The translations under genes and the position numbers were made by a program. The notes beneath the pieces are model-generated. The model did not search any database. It had not been told where the DNA came from and worked only from the letters and a program-made list of their open reading frames with translations. From Candidatus Zixiibacteriota bacterium (GTDB lineage: Bacteria; Zixibacteria; MSB-5A5; GN15; JAAZOE01), in the NCBI GenBank assembly GCA_043819555.1, contig JBDREQ010000064.1, positions 18,026-82,025 of the forward strand: a DNA stretch of 64,000 bases. Reading direction: 5' to 3'. This document shows positions 51,927 to 62,817 of the stretch, piece after piece. Numbering within the stretch: position 1 is the first letter of the stretch; each line of letters starts with the position of its first letter.

Positions 51927-52973
51927 ATGAAAACCTCAGTATTAAAATTCATATGTATATCTATTTTAATTATTCTATGGACATCAGGATTTGCACTGGC
52001 TGCGAAAAAAGGCACTATTGTTTTAAAAAACGGTGAAACATATGAAAATGCCGAATACAAAATTGACAAAGTGTATAAAACGGTCAAGGTCAAATTACCA
52101 GACGGAGAAACAGAGAAAAACTTTAGTTTCTCGAATATCGATGCCATCTATGATTCTGACGGTAAAAACCTGGCGCCGCGCTTATTGGGACGATGGTATG
52201 TTCCTAAAACTGAATTCACTCCTGAATCCTCGAGTGAAATAATCGACTCAGTCTCATCTTCTGAAGATACCAGCGATAATTCTCGCCAACCCGAGACTAT
52301 GCCAAAGAATAATCGACAAAACTCAAATTGGCTATCTGAAGAAAGTGATCATTATAAACATCTTACCCGTCGTCTCTGGAACGCCGCATTTCGTTTTGGC
52401 GGCCAATATTCGGTACCGTTGGGGTCGTGGTTTCAAGGCATTAATTCCGGTCCGGGCTTCGATATAACATCTATGTTTTCTATTACTCATCAAATCGCAA
52501 TAAGATTTGATTTTACCAAATCTGGACTGAATGTTAGTGAAAATTATATCTCCTTTTATTCAATGGATCCGTCATTTTCGATTGTCGATCAAAAAACAAC
52601 TATGGGCGTTCACCGTTTTTATGTCTCGGGAGTTTATTATAACCGCTTCGACCGCAATCGACTTGATGGAGGTACGATTTTTTACGCATGGTCGGGACTG
52701 GGCGCAGCGGTTCACAAAATGAGCTATGAGGGGACTCTGGTAGATAACACAACCAACGAACAATTTCACGATAAAATCGAAGATACGATTTCAAAATTCT
52801 CATTATACAATGGGGTCGGCTTTATCTTTTTGCTTTCGAAAAAAGTAGGCATTGATGTCACGGCGTCACTGGATTATATCTTTATCGGCACAATAGAAAG
52901 CCATTCTGGCTACTCTGATGTCCAGACCGCGGGAATAATCGATTTCAAACTCGGTTTTGTATATTTTATTTAA
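51927..52973 (+). CDS. Outer-membrane beta-barrel protein with N-terminal periplasmic domain
   Basis: Signal peptide, TIVLKNGE small domain, Ser-rich linker, barrel ending FKLGFVYFI. Confidence 0.7.
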   Translation: MKTSVLKFICISILIILWTSGFALAAKKGTIVLKNGETYENAEYKIDKVYKTVKVKLPDGETEKNFSFSNIDAIYDSDGKNLAPRLLGRWYVPKTEFTPESSSEIIDSVSSSEDTSDNSRQPETMPKNNRQNSNWLSEESDHYKHLTRRLWNAAFRFGGQYSVPLGSWFQGINSGPGFDITSMFSITHQIAIRFDFTKSGLNVSENYISFYSMDPSFSIVDQKTTMGVHRFYVSGVYYNRFDRNRLDGGTIFYAWSGLGAAVHKMSYEGTLVDNTTNEQFHDKIEDTISKFSLYNGVGFIFLLSKKVGIDVTASLDYIFIGTIESHSGYSDVQTAGIIDFKLGFVYFI

Positions 52974-52989
52974 TTAAGGAGGAAAAGAC

Positions 52990-53535
52990 GTGAAGAATTA
53001 CATATTTGTCTTATTCGGATTAATTTTAATGTTGGCGCTTTTTTCGGGTTGCGCCAATTATGTCATCACGCAGGAGCTTGAAGCTGAATTTAGTGATTCA
53101 CCTAAGGCTTATGTAGGTGAAATCCGCGATGCGCTTCCTTTAGATACTCCTACCGACAAAAAACCATCACTCGAAGATATTGAAAAATTCAAGAATTATT
53201 TATCCGATGAATTACTAAAAAAGGAATTTTTCACAATCGCGACATCAGCGACTTTAAAAGGCATGGATTATGAATTAACGGGCGCTATCATAGACTATAA
53301 AAAAGGCAGCGGGTTTGTACGGTTTTTATTTGGAACTTTTGGCGGGGGCCAGGCAAAAGTTACCACACTATTGGAATTGAAGGAAACCAGATCTGGCCAA
53401 ATTATTTTTTCCGGAAATTTCAAGGGTTTCGTTGGCAGCTATGGCGAATCTGGAGATAAGATGTTCGAACGCGTTGCCAAAGATTTTGCCAAAGCATTGA
53501 GGAAACGGGTGGAAAAACAAAGGAAAAATCAATAG
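52990..53535 (+). CDS. Lipoprotein (DUF4410-like)
   Basis: Lipobox FSGC; DYKKGSGFVRFLFG.FGGGQA motif. Confidence 0.65.
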   Translation: MKNYIFVLFGLILMLALFSGCANYVITQELEAEFSDSPKAYVGEIRDALPLDTPTDKKPSLEDIEKFKNYLSDELLKKEFFTIATSATLKGMDYELTGAIIDYKKGSGFVRFLFGTFGGGQAKVTTLLELKETRSGQIIFSGNFKGFVGSYGESGDKMFERVAKDFAKALRKRVEKQRKNQ

Positions 53536-53541
53536 GGATAT

Positions 53542-54048
53542 CTATTCCAACTCACGAATAGCTTTTATAACATCATACGGTTCTTTGGCAGCCATCAGCT
53601 TCTCGCTGAGGCCGTCAAACATGATCATTTCGGATAAAGATTTAAATGCTTTTAAATAAAGAGTGTCTTCATAGGGCGGTGCGGCCATTATGAAGAAATG
53701 ATTGACCGGCAACCCGTCAATGGCATCATATTCATAACCTTCCAGACTGCGAGCGTAACCAACCATAAACTCCCGGGCCTGCATCGAGCGGATATGGGGC
53801 ACGGCGAATCCGCTTCCGATTCCGGTTGACGCTTTTTTCTCACGATTGATAAAATCAAGAAACAGCTTGTTCCTGTTTCCGATTTTATCAGCCGGATCGA
53901 GAACATCAATCAATTCGGTCAGCAGAGCTTCCTTAGCCGACAAAATCCACTTTTTCCTGCTGCCGTTCTCGGCCATCTCAGGGAGTTTAGTGGACATGTC
54001 AAGCTTTATCAGCCCGGCGCTCATATGTCGCGAAATATTAAATCCCAT
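53542..54048 (-). CDS. PTS EIIA-type (PtsN/Ntr-like) protein
   Basis: REKKASTGIGSGFAVPH with phospho-His; DAIDGLPV. Confidence 0.85.
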   Translation of the reverse strand: MGFNISRHMSAGLIKLDMSTKLPEMAENGSRKKWILSAKEALLTELIDVLDPADKIGNRNKLFLDFINREKKASTGIGSGFAVPHIRSMQAREFMVGYARSLEGYEYDAIDGLPVNHFFIMAAPPYEDTLYLKAFKSLSEMIMFDGLSEKLMAAKEPYDVIKAIRELE

Positions 54049-54087
54049 AGCTATATTTATCGGCTAAAGCCGCCCAAAAATTAGATT

Positions 54088-54116
54088 ACTATAAGCTATA
54101 AACGCTTTTCAGTCAA
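54088..54116 (-). promoter_or_regulatory. Promoter for EIIA gene
   Basis: TTGACT-N17-TATAGT. Confidence 0.6.
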
Positions 54117-54167
54117 GAACGTTCATTAAAAGTTCCCATGTGATAAAATTAAATGACGACATCGGGC

Positions 54168-54196
54168 TTGACATCGCATATCGAATTAAATAGTTT
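54168..54196 (+). promoter_or_regulatory. Promoter for aspS operon
   Basis: TTGACA-N17-TAGTTT, divergent from the EIIA promoter. Confidence 0.6.
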
Positions 54197-54308
54197 TTCC
54201 TGCGGATGGACCCAAAAGGAGTGTCTTGAACCTGTTAATCTTTGACTAAAACATTCCGATTTACAGGGAATAAACACGGATTTATCGATTTATGGTTAAG
54301 GAGAATAA

Positions 54309-56138
54309 TTGGCAAAATATTCCGAATTCAAAAGAACCGCAACCTGCGGTGATTTGACTCAATCACACATCAAGAATAAAGTAGTACTAAACGGCTGGGT
54401 TCAGGAATATCGCAACCTGGGCGGACTTTTGTTTATAGATTTGCGCGACCGCTACGGCATAACACAGGTCGTTTTTCACCCCGAGCATGTTGCCAATGAA
54501 ATTATGCAAACGGCCGCTTCCTGCAGGCATGAGTTTGTAATCGCCGTTAAAGGCATTGTCAAAGCTCGTCCGGAAGGGACCGTCAATCCCAAAATGAAAA
54601 CGGGTGAAATTGAAGTCGAATGCAATGAAATTGAAATATTATCCGAATCGGAAACGCCCCCGTTTGAAATCGCCGACGAAACCAATGCGCGGGAAGAACT
54701 GCGGCTTGAATACCGATACCTTGATTTACGACGCAATCCGCTTCAGGAAAAAATGCGCATTCGCCACGAAGCGTCAATCGCCGTGAGAGAATACTTGAAC
54801 AGTCAGGGTTTTTATGAAATTGAAACCCCCCTTATGATGCGCTCCACACCCGAAGGAGCGCGTGACTATGTCGTTCCCAGCCGCGTTCAGCCGGGAAAGT
54901 TTTATGCTCTCCCCCAGTCGCCGCAGCTTTTGAAACAGATACTGATGATCGCCGGTTACGATAAATATTTTCAACTGGCTCGATGTCTGCGCGATGAAGA
55001 TTTACGGGCCGACCGCCAGCCGGAACATACCCAAATCGATATGGAAATGTCGTTTGTCACGCAGGATGATGTATTCGCCAACGCCGAAGGCATGTTCGCG
55101 CACTTATGGAAAAAAGTTTTAGACATTGACATAAAAACGCCATTCCCTCGCTATACCTATGAGGAAGTAATGAACCGCTGGGGAATTGACAAACCTGATG
55201 TAAGGTTTGGCATGGAGTTATTTGATTTAAGCAATGAAGTCGCCGGATGCGGCTTTAAAGTATTCACATCAACTCTTGAAAATGGCGGGCGCGTCAAAGG
55301 TATAACGTATAAAGGCGGGGGCTCATTATCGCGCAAACAGGTTGGTGAATTGGAAAATCTGGCAAAAGAATTCGGCGCCGGAGGTCTGGCCTATTTTCTC
55401 CGTGCCGAAGATGGCGATAAAAGCCCGATAATGAAATTTGTTGGCGAAGAAACGGCCGCAAACATTTTCAATAAGGCCAAAGCTGAACCGGGCGACGCCG
55501 TTTTTATCATTGCTGATATGCCGATTAAAACCGAAGCAATTCTGGGGCAATTACGGCTGCACTTGGGAAAACAAGGCAACTTAATGGATAAATCACAATG
55601 GGAATTTTTATGGGTAACAAAATTCCCTCTTTTCGAATACAATGAGGATGAGAACAGATTTGATGCCATGCATAATATTGTATCGAGCCCATGCGAAGAA
55701 GACATAGATCTGCTCGATAAAGGTTTTTCTACTGATTTATCTCCGTCAGATATCAATCACCCCTGGCGAAAAATACGGGCCGACCAGTACGATCTGGTAT
55801 TAAACGGAAGCGAGATTGCGTCGGGAGGTATTCGAATTCATCGCAGCGGCCTTCAAAAGAAAATACTTAATATCCTGGGTATGTCTGACGAACGGGCAGA
55901 GAGAATGTTCGGGTTTTTATTAAAAGCCCTCAAATACGGAGCTCCCCCCCATGGCGGACTGGCCCCCGGTTTGGATCGAATCGTTGCGCTGATGACAGGA
56001 TCTGATTCTATCCGCGATGTAATTGCTTTCCCAAAAACGACCAATGCTTCATCTTTAATGGATGGAGCCCCGGATTATATCGACGAAGAACAATTGCGCG
56101 AACTGGGGCTTAAAATCGTATATAAATCAGAGGAATAA
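54309..56138 (+). CDS. aspS: Aspartate--tRNA ligase
   Basis: FIDLRDRYG, RYLDLR, TPEGARDY, LPQSPQL, RDEDLRADRQPE, GAPPHGG, IAFPKT. Confidence 0.97.
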   Translation: MAKYSEFKRTATCGDLTQSHIKNKVVLNGWVQEYRNLGGLLFIDLRDRYGITQVVFHPEHVANEIMQTAASCRHEFVIAVKGIVKARPEGTVNPKMKTGEIEVECNEIEILSESETPPFEIADETNAREELRLEYRYLDLRRNPLQEKMRIRHEASIAVREYLNSQGFYEIETPLMMRSTPEGARDYVVPSRVQPGKFYALPQSPQLLKQILMIAGYDKYFQLARCLRDEDLRADRQPEHTQIDMEMSFVTQDDVFANAEGMFAHLWKKVLDIDIKTPFPRYTYEEVMNRWGIDKPDVRFGMELFDLSNEVAGCGFKVFTSTLENGGRVKGITYKGGGSLSRKQVGELENLAKEFGAGGLAYFLRAEDGDKSPIMKFVGEETAANIFNKAKAEPGDAVFIIADMPIKTEAILGQLRLHLGKQGNLMDKSQWEFLWVTKFPLFEYNEDENRFDAMHNIVSSPCEEDIDLLDKGFSTDLSPSDINHPWRKIRADQYDLVLNGSEIASGGIRIHRSGLQKKILNILGMSDERAERMFGFLLKALKYGAPPHGGLAPGLDRIVALMTGSDSIRDVIAFPKTTNASSLMDGAPDYIDEEQLRELGLKIVYKSEE

Positions 56139-57122
56139 GTGGCAACCGATAAATCGACAATTATTAAAGAATTCGACCTGCATGATATTGACCAGCGGAT
56201 ATTGTTCGGCCAAAATGACAAGTACAGCCAGTTAATCGAATCCCAGTTCAACGTAAAAATCATCGCCCGGGGCGAAAAGGCTATGGTTGAGGGAAAAGAT
56301 AATGAGGTCAAAAACGTCATTCTCCTTTTTAACGACATGACTGAAAGAATGAACGCCGGACATAATCTCACTGAACGCTATCTGCGTTATGCTATCGATA
56401 TGGTGAAAGAAGAGGGTCGCGGTCCGGCTGAATCTCTGAACGGGGAAATAAACAATGCCGTAACCCGCATTGTCAAAGCCCGAACTCTTGGCCAAAAAAA
56501 GTACCTTGAGGCAATCGATAAATTTGATATTGTTTTTTCAATCGGTCCGGCCGGAACCGGAAAAACTTATCTGGCCGTGGCCCAGGCAGTGGCCGAGTTA
56601 AAGAAAAAATCTGTCAAACGAATTATCCTGGTACGGCCGGCGGTCGAAGCGGGAGAATCGCTGGGATTTCTGCCCGGCGACATTAAAGCCAAAATTGATC
56701 CTTATCTGCGCCCAGTCTATGATGCCCTGCATGAACTGATGCCGGCTGAAAAAATAACAAAACTGATAGATCTGGGCGTAATTGAAATTTGCCCCCTGGC
56801 GTTTATGCGAGGACGAACGCTTAACCGGTCATTTGTTATTCTCGATGAAGCGCAGAACACAACCCTTGGCCAGATGAAAATGTTTCTAACCCGGCTCGGA
56901 GATGGATCCAAATCGATAATTACCGGAGATATAACTCAAATTGACCTCGATAAAAAAATACCTTCAGGATTGGTAAAAATCCGTAAGATTCTTGAAGGCA
57001 TTAAGGGAATTGAGTTCGTTTACCTGACTCCAAAAGATGTCGTCCGGCATCGACTGGTACAGGATATAATTAACGCATACGCCCGTTATGAAGACAAGGC
57101 AAAACGGGCCAAGGGCAATTAA
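56139..57122 (+). CDS. phoH: PhoH-family ATPase
   Basis: GPAGTGKTYLA, RPAVEAGE.LGFLPG, MRGRTL, DEAQN, GD.TQID. Confidence 0.95.
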   Translation: MATDKSTIIKEFDLHDIDQRILFGQNDKYSQLIESQFNVKIIARGEKAMVEGKDNEVKNVILLFNDMTERMNAGHNLTERYLRYAIDMVKEEGRGPAESLNGEINNAVTRIVKARTLGQKKYLEAIDKFDIVFSIGPAGTGKTYLAVAQAVAELKKKSVKRIILVRPAVEAGESLGFLPGDIKAKIDPYLRPVYDALHELMPAEKITKLIDLGVIEICPLAFMRGRTLNRSFVILDEAQNTTLGQMKMFLTRLGDGSKSIITGDITQIDLDKKIPSGLVKIRKILEGIKGIEFVYLTPKDVVRHRLVQDIINAYARYEDKAKRAKGN

Positions 57123-57145
57123 ATTCAGGCGGCCAAAAAACCAGA

Positions 57146-59383
57146 ATGAGAAAACTGCTTTTAAAACTTAAGCGCGTAATAAAACGCACTTTTAAGGTCA
57201 AGGAAGAAATTGACATGGTCGCTGCGAGGAGGCGCAGCCGCCTGCTTGTCAAATTCCTCATGGGTCTTATCTCAATAATCCTCATTACCTTGCTTTATCC
57301 CATGAAAGATATGCGCGGTCCGCTTGATGTCCCGATTGAAGGGGAAATCGCTCTCGATAATATTATTGCTGATTTTTCGTTTGATATTCAAAAAGACCGG
57401 GCTAACTTTGAAGAAGAACGAACGATGGCCATTCGCAGTACGCCTTTGTTTTTTAATTACCGCGAGGAAATTGCCATTAACGGAAAAAAATCCCTGCATA
57501 AATTATTTGCCACGGCCGACTCATTAAAGTCTTTGCAGAATCTGCCGGTCGATTCAGCCATAAAAACCCTCAACCAGATTTTTTCTTTTGTACCCTCAAA
57601 GTGGTTGGAGAATTTAATAAACAGCGATGCCCCCCTCAAGTTTGCCGGTCTGCTTGATACGATTTTATCGGACAGTATCTATTATTATGGGGTGATGAAT
57701 GATCGTGCGAATCTGCCTGCCTCCGAATTCAATTCAATTATTATGAAAAAACCCGGGCGGGATCTGCTGATGATTCGCAACCAGTTATTAGATCTTCAGG
57801 GTGCCTATAATAAGTTATTGGAAACTCTGAATAATTATCCCAATATTTCCGACTATGATTTGGAAACTCTCTATCAAATAGGCCGCCATTTTATACTGCC
57901 AAATGCTAACTTTAACGAAGAGACCACCAATGCTGCCAGGGACAGTTCGGTGGCAAATATATCGACCATTGAAAGGCATGTTTCTAATGGGGACCTAATT
58001 ATCAGACGGGGCGTCAGAGTCGACGCCTCGCAATCCCGCATATTGAATGCCTATGCGCTTGAACTGCAAAAGATGGCGGCAGAAAGAGGCTGGTTTCAGG
58101 CTGTTCTGCCCATATTTTCCAGGCTGATTTTAATTTTTTCGGTTATTCTTCTACTCTACCTATTCTTTTATCACTTCCGTCCCGATGTCTATTGGTCGAA
58201 TAATAAAATGCTGGCAATTCTGATTATAATTGGTTTGGAGCTCTTTCTTGTAAATTTCGTAGCTGTGCGACTGGTGCCTTCGGTATATCTCTACCCTATT
58301 GCGATTTTATCAATCTTAATTTCGGTTCTTTTTGACACCCGCCTGGGCGTTGTTATTACACTGTTAGTCGCGCTTCTATTGGGAATATTGAATCGCTTCA
58401 ATTTTTCAATTACTCTAATCGCCTCTATTACAGGAAGCATTGCCTGTTTCTCAGCCGGTGAGGTCAGGCGGAGAAGTGAGTTTTACCGCATTATAATTAC
58501 ATTGTCTCTTACTTATGCTGTCATTGCGGCCGTCGTAGAATCATTAAAACTATCCCCAGCTGAGGATATATGGACCAATGTCGGTTATGGCTTGGCCAAC
58601 GGCCTTGTGGCTCCTCTTTTAACCATTGGAATCTTGCCATTTTTTGAATCTCTATTTGGCTTTTCAACTAATATTACCCTCCTCGAATTGGCCGATCTGA
58701 ACCAGCCGCTGTTGAAAAGGCTGGCCATGGAAGCCCCCGGCACGTATCATCATTCTATCGTTGTCGGAAACCTAGGGGAGGCGGCGGCCAAAACCATTGA
58801 TGCCAATCCTCTTTTGACTCGCGTCGGCGCCTATTATCACGATATCGGAAAAATGGAAATCCCTGAGTATTTTGTTGAAAATCAATTGGGAATAAAATCA
58901 AAACATGATTCGCTAAATCCAACTATGTCCGCTCTGGTTCTTGCCTCTCATGTCAAAAAAGGCCGATTGATGGGCGAGGAAGCCGGGTTGCCCGATGCCG
59001 TCCTGAATTTTATCGAAGAACATCACGGTACTACCCAGATGTCATATTTTTATAATAAAGCCATAGAAATGGATTTGCCCATTGGGTCTGATGATGAATT
59101 CCGCTATCCTGGCCCGAAACCGCAGTCAAAAGAAACAGCAATAATTATGCTGGCTGATTCGGCCGAAGCCGCCAGCCGTACTCTAGATAACCCCACCTCG
59201 GCCCGCATTAGGAATTTGATCCAAAAACTGATCAACAGCAAATTTACATCCGGTGAACTGACGCAGTGCGAACTGACATTAAAAGATTTAAATGATATCC
59301 GGGAAGCTTTCGTCAAGATACTAATCGGCGTCTTCCATCATCGGATTCCATATCCCAAAAAAGAAGGAGATGAAAACGAATAA
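57146..59383 (+). CDS. 7TM-HD (HDIG) phosphohydrolase, PgpH-like
   Basis: Extracytoplasmic domain, ~7 TM, EAPGTYHHS, YHDIGK, HHGT, FRYPGPKP, MLADS.EAA. Confidence 0.92.
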   Translation: MRKLLLKLKRVIKRTFKVKEEIDMVAARRRSRLLVKFLMGLISIILITLLYPMKDMRGPLDVPIEGEIALDNIIADFSFDIQKDRANFEEERTMAIRSTPLFFNYREEIAINGKKSLHKLFATADSLKSLQNLPVDSAIKTLNQIFSFVPSKWLENLINSDAPLKFAGLLDTILSDSIYYYGVMNDRANLPASEFNSIIMKKPGRDLLMIRNQLLDLQGAYNKLLETLNNYPNISDYDLETLYQIGRHFILPNANFNEETTNAARDSSVANISTIERHVSNGDLIIRRGVRVDASQSRILNAYALELQKMAAERGWFQAVLPIFSRLILIFSVILLLYLFFYHFRPDVYWSNNKMLAILIIIGLELFLVNFVAVRLVPSVYLYPIAILSILISVLFDTRLGVVITLLVALLLGILNRFNFSITLIASITGSIACFSAGEVRRRSEFYRIIITLSLTYAVIAAVVESLKLSPAEDIWTNVGYGLANGLVAPLLTIGILPFFESLFGFSTNITLLELADLNQPLLKRLAMEAPGTYHHSIVVGNLGEAAAKTIDANPLLTRVGAYYHDIGKMEIPEYFVENQLGIKSKHDSLNPTMSALVLASHVKKGRLMGEEAGLPDAVLNFIEEHHGTTQMSYFYNKAIEMDLPIGSDDEFRYPGPKPQSKETAIIMLADSAEAASRTLDNPTSARIRNLIQKLINSKFTSGELTQCELTLKDLNDIREAFVKILIGVFHHRIPYPKKEGDENE

Positions 59384-59808
59384 TGGACGAAAGTCGATTA
59401 TTTTCCAGGCAGCGCGGTCGACTTCCCCGAAAGAAATCAATTGCGCTTGCCGATTACATCCTCCGTAAAGAAAAAGCCAAACTTTCAATCAATATAATTT
59501 TCTGCGATGATGCAGATGTAACCGAACTTAATTCCCGATTCAGACATCAACATCGATCAACGGATGTTTTGTCATTTAATTCAGATCCGGATCTGGAAAT
59601 ATTGGGCGAAGTTTATATTTCCATTGAAACTGCCAGGCGGCAGGCCAACGAATATCAAGCCACTTTGACCGATGAAATCCTGCGCTTGGTTTGTCACGGT
59701 GTTTTGCATTTATGCGGTTATGAGCATTCAGCAAAAACTGAACGAGAAATTATGAGAAAACTTGAGGATAGATATTTATCCGATTTCCCCGGAGCAAAAA
59801 ATGCTTGA
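59383..59808 (+). CDS. ybeY: rRNA maturation endoribonuclease YbeY
   Basis: TDVLSF, LGEVYIS, HGVLHLCGYEH. Confidence 0.93.
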   Translation: MDESRLFSRQRGRLPRKKSIALADYILRKEKAKLSINIIFCDDADVTELNSRFRHQHRSTDVLSFNSDPDLEILGEVYISIETARRQANEYQATLTDEILRLVCHGVLHLCGYEHSAKTEREIMRKLEDRYLSDFPGAKNA

Positions 59809-61081
59809 ACTATTATTTTATCTAATTGGCTCCAGCGCTTTACTTTTTGTAGGCTATCTGGTATCGGTTTATACGAACTCCATTTATATTGATCCTGATG
59901 AGGTAAAAGATATATTTCCCGAAATTTCGGACCGCCGACGTAAACGTTTGGAAAAATTTATCTCCAATCCCAGGGTATTTTTTCAAATCGGTCGATTAAT
60001 CCGCGTTTCGGCTTCAATCCTTCTGGGGGCTATTGCGGTTCTGATCGTATTGGATTTGAAACAGTTAATTCCGATACCTTCTTTTAGTTTTTATATCATC
60101 ATAATTCCATTATTCTGGATTTTAACGGCAACATTTTTTATCTATTTCCCCCGCAGAATCACTATTGAGCAGGCCCGAAGCAAGCTTATCCGTTTCCTCC
60201 CCCTGATGAATCTGATTTATATTTTATCTTTGCCGGCTCTTCATATTTTTTCAAAAATATCCCCGTCCGATCAGCCCAACGATATTACCGAAGATCAAAA
60301 AGACGATATTGTTGAAAGGGCTATCGAAACCCTGGCCGAATCAGCCGGGATTTCATCTCCCATAATTGAAGAGGATGAAAAGGAAATGATCCACCAGATC
60401 TTCCAGCTTGACGTTACCGAAGCTGAGGAGATTATGATCCCCCGCTTTAACATCACCGGAATTGAGATAAACGCAAAGCTCGGCGAAATACAGAAAATCG
60501 TCGGTGAATTCGGGTATTCCCGCTACCCGGTTTATAAAGAATCAATTGATAATATTATCGGCGTTCTTTATGTCAAAGATTTACTCCTCCTGGATGAATC
60601 GACCCGCCAGAATTTTGCCTTAAAAGACCATATTCGCCAACCTCTTGTTATTGGTGAACATAGAAAAATCGATGAGCTTTTGGCTGAATTTAAAAGGTCA
60701 AAAACTCATTTGGCCATCGTTATCGACGAATTTGGCGGGATTGCCGGATTGGTCACGCTTGAAGATATCCTTGAGGAAATTGTCGGTGAAATTGAAGATG
60801 AACACGATCCTGAACAAATTCGCGATATTGTCATGCTGGATAATGGAAGTCTTGAAGTATCAGGCGCTTGCCCTCTGGATGACCTTGCTGATGAGCTTGA
60901 TATTGAGCTGCAACAGGATGAATTTGAAACTGTTGGTGGTATGATATACGATAAGGTGGGTTCAGTACCCCCTGAAGGAACGTCCCTCCATTGGAAAAAC
61001 TGCAAGCTTACGGTAACTCAACTGGACGGCCAGAGAATTGTCAAAATCCTGGTTATTCCCGGAAATTCCGAAAACCTATAA
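59801..61081 (+). CDS. Hemolysin/CorC-family CBS-domain membrane protein (CNNM-CBS-CorC)
   Basis: Start refined to ATG 59801; N-terminal TMs, SRYPVY, VIDEFGG.AGLVTLEDILEEIVGEI, CorC C-terminus. Confidence 0.9.
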   Translation: MLELLFYLIGSSALLFVGYLVSVYTNSIYIDPDEVKDIFPEISDRRRKRLEKFISNPRVFFQIGRLIRVSASILLGAIAVLIVLDLKQLIPIPSFSFYIIIIPLFWILTATFFIYFPRRITIEQARSKLIRFLPLMNLIYILSLPALHIFSKISPSDQPNDITEDQKDDIVERAIETLAESAGISSPIIEEDEKEMIHQIFQLDVTEAEEIMIPRFNITGIEINAKLGEIQKIVGEFGYSRYPVYKESIDNIIGVLYVKDLLLLDESTRQNFALKDHIRQPLVIGEHRKIDELLAEFKRSKTHLAIVIDEFGGIAGLVTLEDILEEIVGEIEDEHDPEQIRDIVMLDNGSLEVSGACPLDDLADELDIELQQDEFETVGGMIYDKVGSVPPEGTSLHWKNCKLTVTQLDGQRIVKILVIPGNSENL

Positions 61082-61222
61082 ACCAGAAAAATCCAACCAA
61101 ATTTGTGAAAAATCGTACAATGAAGTACTTATGCCGACGTATAAGTATTTTAATTGGGACGGGAACCGGATATGGTAGAATCCGTAAAAGAATTTTGAGT
61201 ACAATGAAAAATAAATTTAAAC

Positions 61223-61250
61223 TTGACAGGCTCGAAAATAGTCTTATTAT
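61223..61250 (+). promoter_or_regulatory. Promoter for htrA
   Basis: TTGACA-N16-TATTAT. Confidence 0.55.
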
Positions 61251-61280
61251 AAGAAGTTATCCTTTATTGGAGGAAACAAA

Positions 61281-62777
61281 TTGAGAGCGGGGATTTTTGG
61301 CGCCAAAAGGCGCCTTGTTTCTTCAGTGCTGTTTGCCATCTTGTATATTTTTGTGGGCATCATCATCGCCTCGATGCTGGATTTGCCGGTAAAACCGTTT
61401 GCCGAAAACAGAACTGAAATTGTCGCTCAGGATTCATCTTTCAGCCGCCCGGCCGACTTTTCAACTCCTTTTATTAAAGTCGTCTCGAAAGCACGCGACG
61501 CGGTCGTGAATGTCACCGCGGAATCTGAACGCCGCGGTTATGGAATCGATGAATATTTTCGGTTTTTTGGAATGCAGCATCCGCGAACGCAAAAATCTTT
61601 TGGAACCGGATTTATCTTCCGGGAAGACGGTTATATTTTGACCAATAATCATGTCATTGCCGGCTCCAGTCGAATTCAGGTAACCACATCAGATAATGCC
61701 GTTTATGAAGCTGAAATTGTCGGAAATGATCCCGAGACTGATTTGGCTGTTTTGAAAATTGACCCTCGCACCGATTTACCGGTAATTGCATTCGGACATT
61801 CCAAAGATCTGCAAATTGGCGAATGGGTTGTGGCTATCGGAAATCCTTTTCCACAAACAGGCCTTGACAGGACGGTTACCGCTGGAGTCGTTTCAGCTAC
61901 CGGTCGGCGTAATTTCCGCTTTGCTGATGGGAACGTCGTTTATCAGGACTATATTCAAACTGACGCCACCATTAATCCTGGAAATTCGGGCGGACCGCTT
62001 CTAAATCTTAAAGGTGAAGCCATCGGAATTAACGCCGCCATTTCATCTCCGACAGGAGTTTCGGTTGGAATCGGTTTTGCGATTCCTATTGATTTCGCAC
62101 GAGCGATTGTTCCCGATTTAATCGCCCACGGCAATGTTTCGCGCGGATGGCTGGGTGTCAGCGCCATTGATGTTCCCTATGAAATGGCTGAAGAATTGAA
62201 TATTGAAGGTCCGGCGGTAATGTTCGAGCAGGTTCTCCACAATTCACCGGCATCAAGAGCTGGATTGAAACCGCGTGATATTTTGCTAAAATTCGACGGA
62301 CATTCTGTCAAAAACTCCGATGATTTTAGCTTTCAGGTCGCCAGTACTGCCATCGGCGATACTGTTGAACTGGAATTGGTGCGCAATGGTGAACCTTTTA
62401 ACCTTAAGGCTGAAATCGGCAATAGAAACCTTGCCCTTCAAACGGCTAATTCCCCGCGCCAGCAACCATATTCTGAAGATTACTGGCTGGGCATGGAAGT
62501 CGCGAATTGCTCGCCTCAAACCGCCAATCAACTCGGCGTTGATTGCCCTCCATCAGGAGGAGTAATCGTAACCAATGTGATCAGCGGTTCTCCGGCCTAC
62601 AACAGAAACATCGTTCCCGGCGTAATTATAATGGAGATCGACAAGTTTGAGATAAATGATATCCGCGATTATCGCGAAGCGGTTGATAAATTGAAAGATA
62701 GAAAAAAATCTATTTCGTTTATAATCTACGATACCGAGGGAAATACTCGCTGGGTTGGAATTAAGCCAAATCGGTAA
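61281..62777 (+). CDS. HtrA/DegP/DegQ serine endoprotease with two PDZ domains
   Basis: TNNHV, TDLAVL, INPGNSGGPL, two PDZ-like domains. Confidence 0.95.
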   Translation: MRAGIFGAKRRLVSSVLFAILYIFVGIIIASMLDLPVKPFAENRTEIVAQDSSFSRPADFSTPFIKVVSKARDAVVNVTAESERRGYGIDEYFRFFGMQHPRTQKSFGTGFIFREDGYILTNNHVIAGSSRIQVTTSDNAVYEAEIVGNDPETDLAVLKIDPRTDLPVIAFGHSKDLQIGEWVVAIGNPFPQTGLDRTVTAGVVSATGRRNFRFADGNVVYQDYIQTDATINPGNSGGPLLNLKGEAIGINAAISSPTGVSVGIGFAIPIDFARAIVPDLIAHGNVSRGWLGVSAIDVPYEMAEELNIEGPAVMFEQVLHNSPASRAGLKPRDILLKFDGHSVKNSDDFSFQVASTAIGDTVELELVRNGEPFNLKAEIGNRNLALQTANSPRQQPYSEDYWLGMEVANCSPQTANQLGVDCPPSGGVIVTNVISGSPAYNRNIVPGVIIMEIDKFEINDIRDYREAVDKLKDRKKSISFIIYDTEGNTRWVGIKPNR

Positions 62778-62817
62778 TTTTTCCCTAACTTATAGATGAG
62801 GAGGAGCCTTAAACTAA

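Noticed and set aside
54197..54308. T-box or riboswitch in the aspS leader
   Set aside because: Leader is only ~105 nt with no T-box consensus or terminator hairpin
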